A stretch of 64,000 nucleotides of DNA from Dictyostelium discoideum. Its lineage: Eukaryota. This document shows, piece by piece, positions 22,632 to 35,756 of the stretch. Both the position numbers and the translations under genes were made by a program. Numbering within the stretch: the first letter of the stretch is position 1; each line of letters starts with the position of its first letter. The notes beneath the pieces were generated by a model. That model saw only the letters and a program-made list of their open reading frames with translations. It was not told the DNA's origin and searched no databases. The DNA lies in contig CM000151.3 of the NCBI GenBank assembly GCA_000004695.1, positions 7,168,001 through 7,232,000 on the forward strand, given 5' to 3'.

Positions 22632-23733
22632 TTAGTTAGATGATATTGCAAATATTGATAGATTTAAAGAACCACCATCATCAGGACCAATGTGTGATTT
22701 ATTATGGTCAGACCCAATGGAAGAGTTTTCACCAGAGATTAGAGAACATTTTGTACCAAATGATGTTAGAGGTTGTTCATATTTATATAGTTATAGAGCA
22801 GTTTGTTCATTCCTTCAAAAGAATAAGTTATTATCAGTGATTAGAGCACATGAAGCACAGAATGCAGGTTATAAAATGCATTTACAAAATGATGCAACCG
22901 GATTCCCATCAGTGATAACATTATTCTCTGCACCAAATTATTTGGACGCCTACAACAACAAGGGTGCAGTATTACGTTATGAAAACAATGTTATGAACAT
23001 TCGTCAATTCACCTGTTCACCTCATCCTTATTGGTTACCAAATTTCATGGATGTTTTCACTTGGTCAATGCCATTCGTTTCAGAGAAAGTAGCAGAGATG
23101 TTATTGGTTCTCTTGAATCTTTGCAATGATGAAGAGGCTGAAAAGAATGAAAATGCTCAAACCGTTAAAGACACCTCTGAAGAGGAGAAAAGAAGACAAA
23201 TGCTTCGTGCCAAAGTTAAATCTGTTAGTAAAATGATGAGAATGTTCTCTTTGTTAAGACAAGAGCGTGAAACCATCATGATGATCAAATCATTCTCTCC
23301 CTCTAGAAAGATTCCTCAAGGTTTATTAACCGAGGGTAAAGACGCCTTGAAAAAGGCTTTAGGTGACTTTGCTCAAGCTCGTAAAATGGATCTAATCAAT
23401 GAAAAACGTCCACCAATCTTGGATAGAGTAAACTCTCGTGGTGAATTGCTAAGAATGAATAGTCGTGGTGAATTATTTAGAATTAACTCTAAAGGTGATC
23501 TTTTCCGTAGTAATAGTTATGCTGATTTAAAACCACCACAAGGTCCACAAGAAACTATTAAAATCACTGAATGTCATGAACAAAACATCACTACTAATAA
23601 TATTAATCCAAATTCAATAACTACAAATGAAAATAATTCAAATGAACAATTACAACAACAACAACAACAGCAACAACAACAACAACCACCAACTACTACT
23701 TCAACAACAACCCAAACTGAAGTTGCTAAATAA
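21408..23733 (+). CDS. canA: Calcineurin A (protein phosphatase 2B catalytic subunit), about 625 aa. Four exons: 21408..21810, 21999..22241, 22355..22482, 22636..23733.
   Basis: Collinear PP2B motifs: [38 protein letters not shown]|[23 protein letters not shown]|[51 protein letters not shown], and the C-terminal autoinhibitory region [12 protein letters not shown]. All junctions have GT/AG boundaries and consistent phases (1, 1, 0). There is a long N-terminal Asn/Thr-rich extension and a C-terminal poly-Q. Confidence 0.9.
22548..22633. repeat. (TTA)n microsatellite, about 28 units, inside intron 3 of the calcineurin A gene.
   Basis: Seen directly. Confidence 0.9.
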
Positions 23734-23922
23734 TAATTATAATATATTTTTATAATTTCCAAGAAGAAAAAAAAATATTTTAAAATAAAAAGATTTATAT
23801 AAATAAAAAAAAAAAAGTTAAATAAAAGAATTATTATTATTAGTATTATTTCTTAAAATAAAATAATAAAAATATAATAATAATAAAGTAATTTTTAAAA
23901 TTAAAAGAATAGAGAATTTAAT

Positions 23923-24185
23923 TTATTTTGAAAAGAATTTTTGTAAATCTTGTAAATTTAAGGAAACTGATTTTGATTCGAAATTAATTAAATCCTTCTT
24001 TACATCTGCTGAAAATTCACTTTCCCAAGTCAAAAGGGTTTGATTTGATTCAGTAATACGAATTAATTTAATGGTGCTAATGTAGGCAGTAACCTAAAAA
24101 AAATTTTGTTTTTTTTTTTTTTTTTTTATTATTTAAAAAAAAAGAAAATAGTTAGTATAAATTAATTAAAACTTTTTTAATAATG

Positions 24186-24220
<35 letters not shown>

Positions 24221-24573
24221 TATAAAAATAATATTACTTCAGCAGTTTGTTCACTTTCAATTAATTCATAAATGATTTTATGTGAAAGATCAGAGAGTTC
24301 TAATAATCTTTGTTTATTGGTTTCACCAGTTTTCCACTTTAAAACACGGATGGCTCCAACAGTGGTTGGTGTTGAGTCACCTTCAATAATTGAACTTTCG
24401 ATTACTGGGAAGATTTTTGATGGGAAATCGAAATTACGTAAAACATTCCATACTATTTTATTATTTAATTTTTTAATTTTTTTTTTTTTTTTATTATTAT
24501 TTTTTTTAGTTTTAGATAGTTATTAATAACTTTAAATTTTCCTTTATATGTTTTTATTTTAATTATTTATCAT

Positions 24574-24604
<31 letters not shown>

Positions 24605-24661
24605 TTTACCTTTGTCTATGTTTTCATTTAAAATTGCAGATTTTTGTACTCTTGTTGACAT
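23923..24661 (-). CDS. Bet v1 / START-like (SRPBCC, polyketide-cyclase-like) small protein, ~145 aa. Three minus-strand exons: 24610..24661, 24238..24452, 23923..24093.
   Basis: Translation: MSTRVQKSAILNENIDK-V-WNVLRNFDFPSKIFPVIESSIIEGDSTPTTVGAIRVLKWKTGETNKQRLLELSDLSHKIIYELIESEQTAE|VTAYISTIKLIRITESNQTLLTWESEFSADVKKDLINFESKSVSLNLQDLQKFFSK*. Donors are GTAAAT and GTAATA, with AG acceptors and phases 1 and 0. The W..v..F...P.....s.....G.g.vG..R (Polyketide_cyc2 / MLP-like) signature is present. Confidence 0.6.
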
Positions 24662-25489
24662 TGTGTTATTATTTGTGTGAAAAAAAAAAAAAAAAATAAT
24701 AAAAATTAAAAATTTTAATAATGTGAAATTAAAAAAAAAAATTTAAAAAAAAAAAAAATAAAATAAAATTAAAATTAAATTAAATTTTAAAAGATTTGAT
24801 GTTCATCCATTGCCATTTTTTATCAAAAGATTTTTTTTTTTTTTTTTTTTTTGATTGAACATTATATATCTTTTATTTTTTATGTATCTTTTATTTTTTT
24901 TTTATTGGTTCTTCCCCTCTGTTTTTTTTTTTTTAAAAAATTAAATATATTTTATTTATTTATTTATAACTTTATTTTATTTTAAATTCATTTTAAAATA
25001 CAAATTTAATAATTATTCAAGAAAAAAAAAAAAAATAATAACAATTATCAATAATATTATTTTAAATTAACCCTATTATTCGCCATAAAAAAAAAAAAAA
25101 AAAAAAAAAAAAGATAATTATCCAAGAAAAAATAAATAAAAATAAAAACAATGTGATGGTTTTACAATAATTCATATGAATTTTTTCTATCAATCAAATT
25201 GCAACATTAATGAGTAAATCTACTTAAAAATAATACTGTTATTATCATTTACAAATTCTTATAAAAAAAATAAAAAAAAAAATTAAAATAATAAAAAAGA
25301 AAATGAATATTTAAAATAAAACCCACTACCACTAACCTATAAATAATTAAAATATTAATAACTACAAAAAAATAGAAAAAAAAAAAAAATAATAATAATA
25401 TTAAAATAATAAAATTATCATACACAGAATAATTACTATGGGGAAAATTTAGTTTACAAATTTTTATTATTATTATTTAACCCATTTTT

Positions 25490-25990
25490 GTTTCTATGGA
25501 AGAATGTTTTTTTCCATATAATTTTGGAAGTGTGAGTTTGCGCAGTGTGTTAGTGTGGGTTTAATGAGAGTGTTTTTTTTTTTTTTTTTTTTTTTTTTTT
25601 GAACGTACATATTTATTTGTTTTTATTAATATTTCATAAATGAATTTGTAAATATAAAAATAAATTGTTTTTTTTTATTTTATTTTTTTGATTATGACAA
25701 TAATTTCAATAAAATGTAAAATATGATAAAAATAATTTTAATTATTGAAACACACACACTCACTCACTTTTTCCCACTAGTATTACACTTTCCAATGAAA
25801 AATAAATTAATATTGAAAAATAAAAAAATGGAAAAAAATGAAAAATAAAAATAATTAAATAAACAATAATATTACAAACACACTATTTCTTTCTCTCACC
25901 CACACAACCAATATACTAACACTTCTCATACACCCACCAACACACCTACACCCAGTTCAACACATTCATACACAAAGTTTAATATTACAC
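25490..25990. promoter_or_regulatory. Composition-skewed promoter region: a GT-rich block (25490-25575, gtgtgagtttgcgcagtgtgttagtgtgggtt) followed by an extended CA-rich block (25730-25985, cacacacactcactcac...cacccacacaacc...cacccaccaacacacctacaccc). These are candidate CA-rich or G-box elements 400-900 bp upstream of the Cys-rich ECM-like gene.
   Basis: C and G are rare in flanking intergenic DNA, so these (CA)n-like tracts stand out. CA-rich elements of this kind are established regulatory elements of Dictyostelium prespore/spore-coat and prestalk genes. Confidence 0.35.
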
Positions 25991-26375
25991 TTTAAAAAAC
26001 ATTCATATTAATGATTTTTATGATTTATTTATTTATTAATTTATTTAATTGTGTATTTTGATTATTGCTCTCTACTTTTTATATATTTTTTTTCAAATTT
26101 TATTATTATTTCAATTATTATTATTTTTTCCAGTACAAAGTACAAAAAAAAAAAAAAAAAAAAAAAAACCAAAAAAAAAAAAAAATTATTTATATTATTA
26201 CAAATAAAACAGTAACATTAAATATTAATAATTAGATACATTGAAAAAAAAAGAAATAATAATAATTAAGAATAAAAAAAAAAAAAAACTATAATAACAT
26301 TTCAATTGTATTTAAAAAAAAAAAAAAAATCTCATATACATATACCATTAATATAGTAAAAGTACCAGTAATAAA

Positions 26376-26698
26376 ATGAGAATATTAAAATTGGCAGCAC
26401 TTAGTTGCTTATTATTTATAGCACCATCACTTTCAATTAGTAAGTTTTTAGATTTATTTTTTATTATAAAAATAAATTAGATTTTTTCTTTTTTAAGATT
26501 AAAAAATAATTGGATTTATTTTAAAAAATAAATAATAAATATTAAACTATAATAAAATATAAAATAATAATAAATTAAAAACAATTACATAATATGAATT
26601 AAAATAATAACATAATTAAAATAAAATAAAAATAAAATAATAATAATAAAAATAATAATAATATATAAAAATATATAAAGTTAATAAAATTAAAATAT

Positions 26699-26737
<39 letters not shown>

Positions 26738-28288
26738 GATTGCGATGGTTTATCAAAAGATCAATGTGAACAAAACTTTCCTCAATGTCAAATTTTAACT
26801 GCAAAGAGTTGTTGTGGTGAAAGTAAATCATATTGTGCTGAAAGAGATAGTAACGATTGTCTTGCTAGTAAAATTTCATGTAAAAAGGATCCTCAAGGTA
26901 ATATTTATGAATTTTGGAGTAGTTGTACACCAAGTAGTGGTTTCACAGATTTTATTCCATCCAATGCAACATGTTCATCATTAAATTGTAATGCTCAACA
27001 AATGAGTTGCAAATATGTTCAACAAGCATGTCATGAAACATCATGTTGTCCTGATATTCCTCAATGTCAAATTCCTGCAACTGGCGGTGGCCCAGCTACT
27101 GGAAGTGCAACTGGTCAAGGCACATCAGGTGGTACACCAGGTTCTTGTGATAAAGTTAATTGTCCAAATGGTTACATTTGTACAATAGTAAATCAATTAG
27201 CAGTATGTGTTTCTCCATCATCCTCTTCGTCAAGTTCTTCATCAACCACTGGCTCACATACTACCACTGGTGGTTCAACCACTGGCTCACATACTACTAC
27301 TGGTGGTTCAACCACTGGCTCACATACTACTACTGGTGGTTCAACCACTGGCTCACATACTACTACTGGTGGTTCAACCACTGGCTCACATACTACTACT
27401 GGTGGTTCAACTACTGGTCCAACATGTGGTAATGTTAACTGCCCAAGAGGTTACCATTGTGAAGTTAGAGGTTCCCAAGCTGTTTGTGTTGCCGATGAAT
27501 TTGACTCATGTGCCAATGTTGATTGTGGTTCAGGTTACCATTGTAAGAATGGTGAATGTATTCGTGATAAAGTAGAATGCGATGCATGTGATCAAATTAA
27601 CTGCCCAAAGGGTCATCATTGTATATCTCAACCAAAAGGTGGCTGGATTGGTTCCCATAAGAAACGTCACTGGCAATTACACCCAGAACATTGTGGCGGA
27701 CGTCCAAATAAGATTAAAGTCATCTGTGTTCCATCACCAAAAGGTACTTGCAAGACTGTTCAATGTCCAAAAGGTTACAAATGCAAACTCTATGCTGATG
27801 GTCCAACATGTGTAAAGATTGAAAAACCAAAATGTCTCACTTGTAAAGATATGCATTGTGAGTCAAATGGATTACTCTGTGTCTTGACTCCACAAAAGAA
27901 GACTGATGAAGAATGTTGTCCAATTATTCCAATCTGTATCAATCCATCAACTATTGCCGCATCCACTATTGCCACTACAACTGCATCAACTCGTCACTCA
28001 ACTGCCTCAACAATTGCCTCATTAGTCACTGGTACCACAAGTGGTGGTGGTGGTATGGGTTCATTTGGTGGTCGATCCGATGAAGAATCAAGTGATCCAA
28101 ATGCTATACTTGGTCTCTTTGAAGACGATATTTTCTGGGGTGATAATGATGAATACTTTAGTGATAACTACCGTTATGTTGATGAAGAAGATATTGATGA
28201 AGATTTCAATGGTAATGATGAATTTGAAATTGATGTTGAAGGTGATTTCCAAGAAGATGATTTCGAAGAAGAATATGCATTTTATTAA
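26376..28288 (+). CDS. Secreted cysteine-rich, mucin-like extracellular protein with an acidic C-terminal tail, spore-coat or ECM-like. Two exons: 26376..26439 (signal peptide) and 26739..28288.
   Basis: Exon 1 (MRILKLAALSCLLFIAPSLSI) ends at donor GTAAGT and joins in phase 1 to the ORF extending upstream of 27002. The protein has about 7 Cys-repeat modules of the C-x-V-N/D-C-P-x-G-Y-x-C type (CDKVNCPNGYICT, CGNVNCPRGYHCEV, CANVDCGSGYHCKNGEC, CDQINCPKGHHCIS, CKTVQCPKGYKCK ...), a perfect 5x(STTGSHTTTGG) O-glycosylation-type repeat, and a D/E-rich tail. Confidence 0.7.
27244..27412 (+). repeat. Perfect 33-bp tandem repeat x5 (accactggctcacatactactactggtggttca), encoding (TTGSHTTTGGS)5 within the Cys-rich gene.
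   Basis: Seen directly. Units are identical apart from one synonymous position in unit 1, which implies recent expansion or concerted evolution. Confidence 0.9.
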
Positions 28289-28408
28289 ATTAAACTTTTT
28301 TTCATAAAAAAATAATAATAATAATTTAATAACTAATCATTATCATCAATAATAACATTATAATATTACTTTAATAACAATACTTTTTTTTAATATTCAA
28401 AGACTTTA

Positions 28409-28441
<33 letters not shown>

Positions 28442-28604
28442 AAACCATAAACAAAACTAAAAATAAATTAAAAAAAAAAATAAAAAAAAAAAAAAAAAAA
28501 AAAACTAAAAATACAATTATTTTATTATTTAAATAAATAATTGTATTATAATTTGTATTTTTGTGTTTTTGTTTTTTTTATTTCTTTAAAATGATTTATA
28601 ACTT

Positions 28605-30419
28605 TTATTTTTTATAAAGGAAAATAACATTTTCCTTAAATGATAAAAGATCATTTAAAACATTTGTATTAAAAGGTTCATTACCATTATATAAATCATT
28701 AAATAATTGTTTTTGAACTGTGAAAACGAATTTAGTATGTTTCAAATCAGTGATTTGTGGATTATCAACTAATATTGATTGAATTGTTGGTGTATCATCA
28801 TGAGCATAAGAACCATCATCCATTATACTTTCAACATGAAAATATTTTGTAATTTTTTTATTGATTGATGAAATATATCTAATGAGTTGATCAGAATTTA
28901 AACCTAATATTGATAATTTTCTTAACGGTGCAATTGATGAAATCATTGAACCAAACTCTTTAACGAATGCATTGGATAACTTTATCGATCTTTGTTTTCT
29001 TTGAGAGAATTCCATAACTTCGCCATTCTCTTTACATTCTTGACCAATATGTAATGATTCCAATGAATTATGATTCTCTATAATTGAACGAAAATGTAAC
29101 CATTCATTTCTAAATACTCGAATTTCTTTTGCTTCATCCTCATCCTCTTCTATACCTTCTTGATTTGGTTTTTCATCTTCCATACTATCATTAAATTCAC
29201 TATTATTATAATAATTTATATTTGTTTTACTAAATATTAAACTATGACATGTACATTTAATAATTTTATTACAATCATCATTATTATTATTATCATCATC
29301 ATCAGACTCATCAGAGTCATCAATATCCATATCATCACTTTCATCACTATCACTATCACTATCACTATCATCTTCATCTTTATTACCTTGATTATTTGAT
29401 TTTTTATTTCTTCTAACTTGATTTATTTGTTTCATAATAAGTTTTTCAACCATATCATATCTTTTATTCTTTTTAATTTTATTATGATTATTATTATTAT
29501 TATTATTACTATCAATATTATTAATATCATCAATATTTAATATTTTATTTAAAAAATAAATAAATTTATCTAAACAAATACTAAATGAGAAATGTTTTAA
29601 ATTCCGTGAAGATTTTAAAAGTGTTGATAAAGTTGATAAACGTAAATCAATACCATAGATTTCATAATATTGTATATTTGAAAGGTAACCTGATAATGAT
29701 AATGATTTCCAAGGGAATGGTGGAATTGATGATGAATGAGATACAACATAAAACTGATGAATACTTTGATTCCAATGTTTGAGAGTATCAATGATGATCT
29801 CTTTAGATTGACAATTGTTTATAATTAATGAGAATACTTTTGAAACTGTTGATTTTAAATGGTCCAATTTCAATTGATCGGTATCTGAATGAATTTCAAC
29901 TTCCAGCACTTCCAAACCACCAGGTCTACTAATAGAATTGCAATCTATTAAATCTAAGAAATTCAACTCGTGACTTTCACTACCATTAATATTAATATTT
30001 CTAAATATCAATGACTCTAATTGATTCATAGTTTTAATTGTATCTGATATCTCTTGATTTTCAATTGGTGTTTCAACGCCTCTTATCATTTTATAATAAT
30101 AGTTACTTGGATGATTGAAATGTAATTTCAAAATTTGCATATTCTCTCTTTTATTTATCGAATATTCACTATCACTAAAATTGAAATCCACTGAAACATA
30201 AAGATTCTCTGATACTGTTTTAAACCATAACTTACAAACTAATGACAGTTTCATTGTTAATTTCTTTATTATACTTTCATGACTTCTATAATCTAAATCT
30301 ATTGTTATTGGCTCAATAACTCTATTCTTTTCATTTATAAATTCACATAATATTTTAATAATTTGTTTTTGTAAATAAACTGGTAATATTGGTATAATTT
30401 TATTATTATTATTATTCAT
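28605..30419 (-). CDS. Hypothetical 604-aa protein with a poly-Asn N-terminus, a long acidic DSDSDSDESDDMDIDDSDESDDDD tract, and Leu-rich repeat-like segments. Possibly an F-box/LRR-type regulator, but no confident family assignment.
   Basis: Single uninterrupted minus-strand ORF from the track. Compositional features only. Confidence 0.55.
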   Translation of the reverse strand: MNNNNNKIIPILPVYLQKQIIKILCEFINEKNRVIEPITIDLDYRSHESIIKKLTMKLSLVCKLWFKTVSENLYVSVDFNFSDSEYSINKRENMQILKLHFNHPSNYYYKMIRGVETPIENQEISDTIKTMNQLESLIFRNININGSESHELNFLDLIDCNSISRPGGLEVLEVEIHSDTDQLKLDHLKSTVSKVFSLIINNCQSKEIIIDTLKHWNQSIHQFYVVSHSSSIPPFPWKSLSLSGYLSNIQYYEIYGIDLRLSTLSTLLKSSRNLKHFSFSICLDKFIYFLNKILNIDDINNIDSNNNNNNNHNKIKKNKRYDMVEKLIMKQINQVRRNKKSNNQGNKDEDDSDSDSDSDESDDMDIDDSDESDDDDNNNNDDCNKIIKCTCHSLIFSKTNINYYNNSEFNDSMEDEKPNQEGIEEDEDEAKEIRVFRNEWLHFRSIIENHNSLESLHIGQECKENGEVMEFSQRKQRSIKLSNAFVKEFGSMISSIAPLRKLSILGLNSDQLIRYISSINKKITKYFHVESIMDDGSYAHDDTPTIQSILVDNPQITDLKHTKFVFTVQKQLFNDLYNGNEPFNTNVLNDLLSFKENVIFLYKK

Positions 30420-30771
30420 ATTTATAAATTACAACTTTAAAATATAAAAAAAAATGAATAAAAAAAAAAAAAAAAATAAAAAAAAAATAAAAAAAAATAC
30501 AAACGATTTTAAAAAAAAAAAAAAAAATTTCAAAATAAAATATAAAAAAAAGAATAAATTGGGTTTACGTTTTTAAAATAAATTCAAATAATGAATTTGT
30601 TAAAATGACTTAAAAAATTAAATAAAAAAAATTTCAAAATAAAATATAAAAATAAAATACGCATTTGGGGGTTTTTTTTAGTTTTTGTTTTAATTGGGTA
30701 TGGCATAGTACGTCCTCTAATCATGAAAAACACATACTAGATAAGCATTATGATATTTTCAAGAAAATTGT

Positions 30772-31606
<835 letters not shown>

Positions 31607-32278
31607 TATGCTATTTCCAAATTCAAACAAATAATAACAAAGAAAAAAAAAAAAAAAATGATTTCGAAAAATTAATGTCATACCCTCGTGCGCTCGCGCA
31701 AAAAAAAAAAAAAAAAAATCAAAAAATTAAAAAAAATTAAAAATTTCAGGTCAATTTTTTACAAAACTTTTACATAGGATTGTAAATCTTTTTTTTTTTT
31801 TTATTTTTTTTTTTTATTTTTTAATTTTTTCAAATTAATCCTCATATAACAAATTTGGGTAAATCTTTTTCCATGGAAAAAAAAAAAAATAAAAAAAAAA
31901 TAAAAAAAAATAAAAATAAAAATAAAAAAAATCACTCAAAGATATCTTTTTTTTTTTTTTTTTTTTTTTCTGATTAAATAATTTTAATTTTCTTACTTAA
32001 ATGAAAACAATAAAAAAAAATAAAAAAAAAAATAAAAAAATAAAAAATAAAAAAAAAAAACAAAAAATAAATTTTTTTTTTGAAAAAATTAAAAACATAA
32101 TGTTTTTTTAATTTGTTTTTTTTTTTTTTTTTTTTTTTTTTTTTCTCAAATAAAAATTTTTCCTTCATTTAAAAAAAAAATATTTTTTCCTACCAAATTG
32201 GAAAAAATTATAATTTAAAAATAATAATAATTTTAATTTTTTAATTTTTAAATTTTTTTTTCAAATTTTTTTTTCACA

Positions 32279-32317
<39 letters not shown>

Positions 32318-32458
32318 CATTTTTTATTTTGGATTTGATCGGTGGTGTAATATCTCATTCCCTTTATGTATTAATTATATATAAATATATATTAAAAAAC
32401 ACACACAATATATATTTTTTTTTTTTCGCATTGGAAAAAAAAAAAAAAAAAAGAAAAA

Positions 32459-32657
32459 ATGAATATTCAAAACGACAAAGAAAGACTCTTAAATGGGAGT
32501 ATTGATGAAATAGAAATTATTACAACCGATAACAATGAAAATGATACAATTAGAAATGATGATATTCTTAAAAATTCTCAACTAAGAGAACAACAACAAC
32601 ACCAACAAATTCAACAACAAATTCAACAACAAAAAAAAGAATCTAGTTTGTAAGTTT

Positions 32658-32729
<72 letters not shown>

Positions 32730-33485
32730 AAATTTTTTTTTTTTTTATTTAATATGTTAAATCTAAAATGTTAATCACAAAATTTTTTTTTTTTATTTTT
32801 TTTTTTTTTAAATCTCTTATTTTCAATTTTTAAAGAAGTACTATTGCATCAGTAATTGCATTTTATTTCTTTATTTCAATTTCATTAGTATTTTTAAATA
32901 AAATATTATTATCAGATTTTAAATTTGAATATCCATTATTCATAACATGGTATCAACAAATCATTTCATTTGTATCAATTTATATAATGACATCAATAAG
33001 TAAGAGTGTACCAGCATTATCATTTTTACCAGAATTTGAATTTAAATCAGCAACTGCATCAAAGGTGTTACCAGTAACTGCAGTTTTAACAGGTATGGTC
33101 ATTTTTAATAATCTTTGTTTAGAATATGTTGAAGTTTCTTTTTATCAAGTAGGTTTACTCTTTTTTTTATTTTTATTTTTTTATTTTATTTTTTTACTAA
33201 CACAATTATTAAATTTTAATAGGTAGCAAGATCTTTAACAATTTGTTTTTCACTCATTTTAACATATATTGTACTCAAAAGTAAGACATCATATAGAGCA
33301 ACAATGGCATGTTTAGTAGTATTCCTTGGATTTGTTTTAGGTAGTGCAGGTGAGGTTAATTTTTCATGGTTAGGTATTATCTTTGGTTTATTATCAAGTT
33401 TTTTCGTTGCTTTATATTCAATTGCAGTTAAAAGAGTGTTACCAGCTGTTGATGGTAATGAATGGTAAATATTCATACTTTATCT

Positions 33486-33551
<66 letters not shown>

Positions 33552-33989
33552 CACAAATACACACATACTAATGTTTTTTTTTTTTTTTTTTTTTTTTTTA
33601 TTATTAATATAATAATAATTATTTATAGGAGATTATCAATTTATAATACAGCAATTTCAATTGGTTTAATCTTCCCATTAATTTTAGTATCAGGTGAAGC
33701 CAATACAATTTTAGATGAACCATTATTATATTCAGGTACATTTTGGTTCTATATGACAGTTGCAGGTTTAATGGGTTATTTGATTAGTATCTCTGTTTTC
33801 ATGCAAATTAAACATACAAGTCCATTAACAAATACCATTTCAGGTACTGTTAAGGCTTGTGTACAAACTATTTTAGCAGTTGTTTTTTGGGGTAATCCAA
33901 TTTCAACTCAAAATGCTGTTGGTATTTTATTAGTAATCGGTGGTAGTTTTTGGTATTCAATGCAAAGATTCTTTGAAATGAAAAAATAA
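32459..33989 (+). CDS. Nucleotide-sugar transporter of the TPT/SLC35 (DMT) family, GDP-fucose-transporter-like (SLC35C). Four exons: 32459..32649, 32836..33148, 33223..33464, 33629..33989.
   Basis: Joined product: ...QQKKESS-L-STIASVIAFYFFISISLVFLNKILLS...YQ|VARSLTICFSLILTYIVLKSKTSYRATMACLVVFLGFVLGS...AVDGNE-W-RLSIYNTAISIG...TNTISGTVKACVQTILAVVFWGNPIS.... It has about 10 TM helices and the TPT-family conserved K/T motifs. Donors are GTAAGT, GTAGGT and GTAAAT, and phases are consistent. Confidence 0.8.
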
Positions 33990-34405
33990 TTTTTATAAAA
34001 TTAATATAATATAAATAAATCTAAAATAAATCTAAAATAAAATATAATTTTTGGAATTAAAATTTAAACAAAAAAAAAAAAAAACAATAAAAAAAAAATT
34101 CTGAAAATGGTTAAATATAATTATTTATTAAGGTATATTAAAATTTTTAAAACAAGTTCAAACAATGGATTATAAATAGATATGGAAATTTTTATTTTTT
34201 TATTTTAAATACTTCAAAAACAATAATTATGATATTCTTCAAGTTAATTTTTTTTGATTTTTATTTAACAAAATTTGGAAACTTTTTATTTTTAAACGAC
34301 ATATCTCAATGAAAATAAAAAAATTAAATTTAGTTTTTCACAACACCCTACCCAGAATGTAATTATCTTTCGTTTCTCGCTAAAATATTAAAAAAAATTT
34401 TTTGG

Positions 34406-34454
<49 letters not shown>

Positions 34455-34545
34455 CACAAAAATTATTTTTCATTTTTTTTTTATTTTTTTTTTATTTTTT
34501 TTTTTTCATAGTTTAATCACTTCTACCGAAAAAAAAAAAAAAAAG

Positions 34546-35503
34546 ATGTTTTTAATTAAACCATCATTAACAATTAAAAATAGTAAATTAATTTGTACAA
34601 TAAATAATAGAAACATTAATGGATTAATTAATATTACAAGATCATATTCAACAACAAATGATGTTGTTGTTGATGAAGATGAAGCTAAAGATAAGAAATC
34701 ACATAAACAAATGAGGAAAGAAGAAGAGATTAGAAAAGCAAAAGAACAAGAAGAGAATAAAGTTTATGGTGCATCAAGTTTAAGTTTAGTTTCATCAGCT
34801 GAAAAAGTTGAAACTAAAAAAGTTAATCAAAGAAGACTTTTAAAACCTAAAAACCCAAGAGAACCAAGAGAATTTCTTGCACATAAAAAATTTTTACCAC
34901 TTTCATTAACTGAACAACAACAAAAATTAAATATCAACAGGGAAGATTTAAAACAACAAATTGATTCAAATAAAATTAATAATATAGATACATTTGTTAT
35001 TGATCTTAGATCACCAAAAGAATTTTATGCTGATTTACCAATTAAAGTTAGTCAAAATATACCAAGTATGTTATTCTTACTTAATTAATGATATATATAT
35101 ATAATAGTAATAATAATTTCATTATTATATAAATATTAATATATTAATATTTTCATTTTTCATTTTTTTTTTTTTTTTTTTAGTGGAATATCCAAAAATT
35201 GTTAGAGAAATTAATACACATTCACAAAAAAGAGGTAAAAAAACAAAAGTTGCTGAAACTAAAAAAGTTTATGATGCAGATATGGAGTTAAACTTTTGGC
35301 AAAAGGCATTAAAATTAACATCACTTCAATGGAAAGAAAAATATGGTTTTGAAAAAGTAAAACCAACCGATAATATCATTTTTTATTCAGCAAATAATGG
35401 TAGAGGTTCCCAAGTTGCAGAAATGGCCCATAAATCTGGTTTTCCAAATGCCAAATTTTTATTAGGTGGTATTCGTCAATGGAATAAACATAATTCTCAA
35501 TAA
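34546..35503 (+). CDS. Rhodanese-domain (sulfurtransferase / Cdc25-like) protein with an N-terminal mitochondrial-targeting-like sequence. Two exons: 34546..35065 and 35184..35503.
   Basis: M at 34546 (MFLIKPSLTIKNSKL...). The donor CCAA|gtatgt at 35066 and acceptor ttttAG at 35183 give a phase-1 join: ...FVIDLRSPKEFYADLPIKVSQNIP-M-EYPKIVREI...IIFYSANNGRGSQVAEMAHKSGFPNAKFLLGGIRQW. The active-site-loop context (Y-S-a-N-g-x-R-S) is rhodanese-like, but without the catalytic Cys, so it may be an inactive or regulatory rhodanese. Confidence 0.6.
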
Positions 35504-35756
35504 ATTAATAAATAATAAATAAATAAGTAAAAAAAAAAACATATAAAATTAAATAAATAAAAAAAAAATAAAAAAATAAAAAAAAATTAAAAAAGATCGA
35601 TTAATTTAAGTTTTAAAAGAAAATATATAAAAGTTAAAAAAAAAAAAAAGTAATTTTAAAAATTATTTTATTTTTTATTTTATTTTATTTTTATATATAT
35701 AATATATAATTAAATTATTATATATTTTTTTTTTAATTTTTTATTATTATTATTAT

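Noticed and set aside
27160-27575. Alternative-frame ORFs (27160-27432 +, 27193-27381 -, 27207-27575 +) inside the 33-bp tandem repeat.
   Set aside because: Any frame is open across a perfect repeat. The real frame is the one continuous with the Cys-rich domains (27002-28288).
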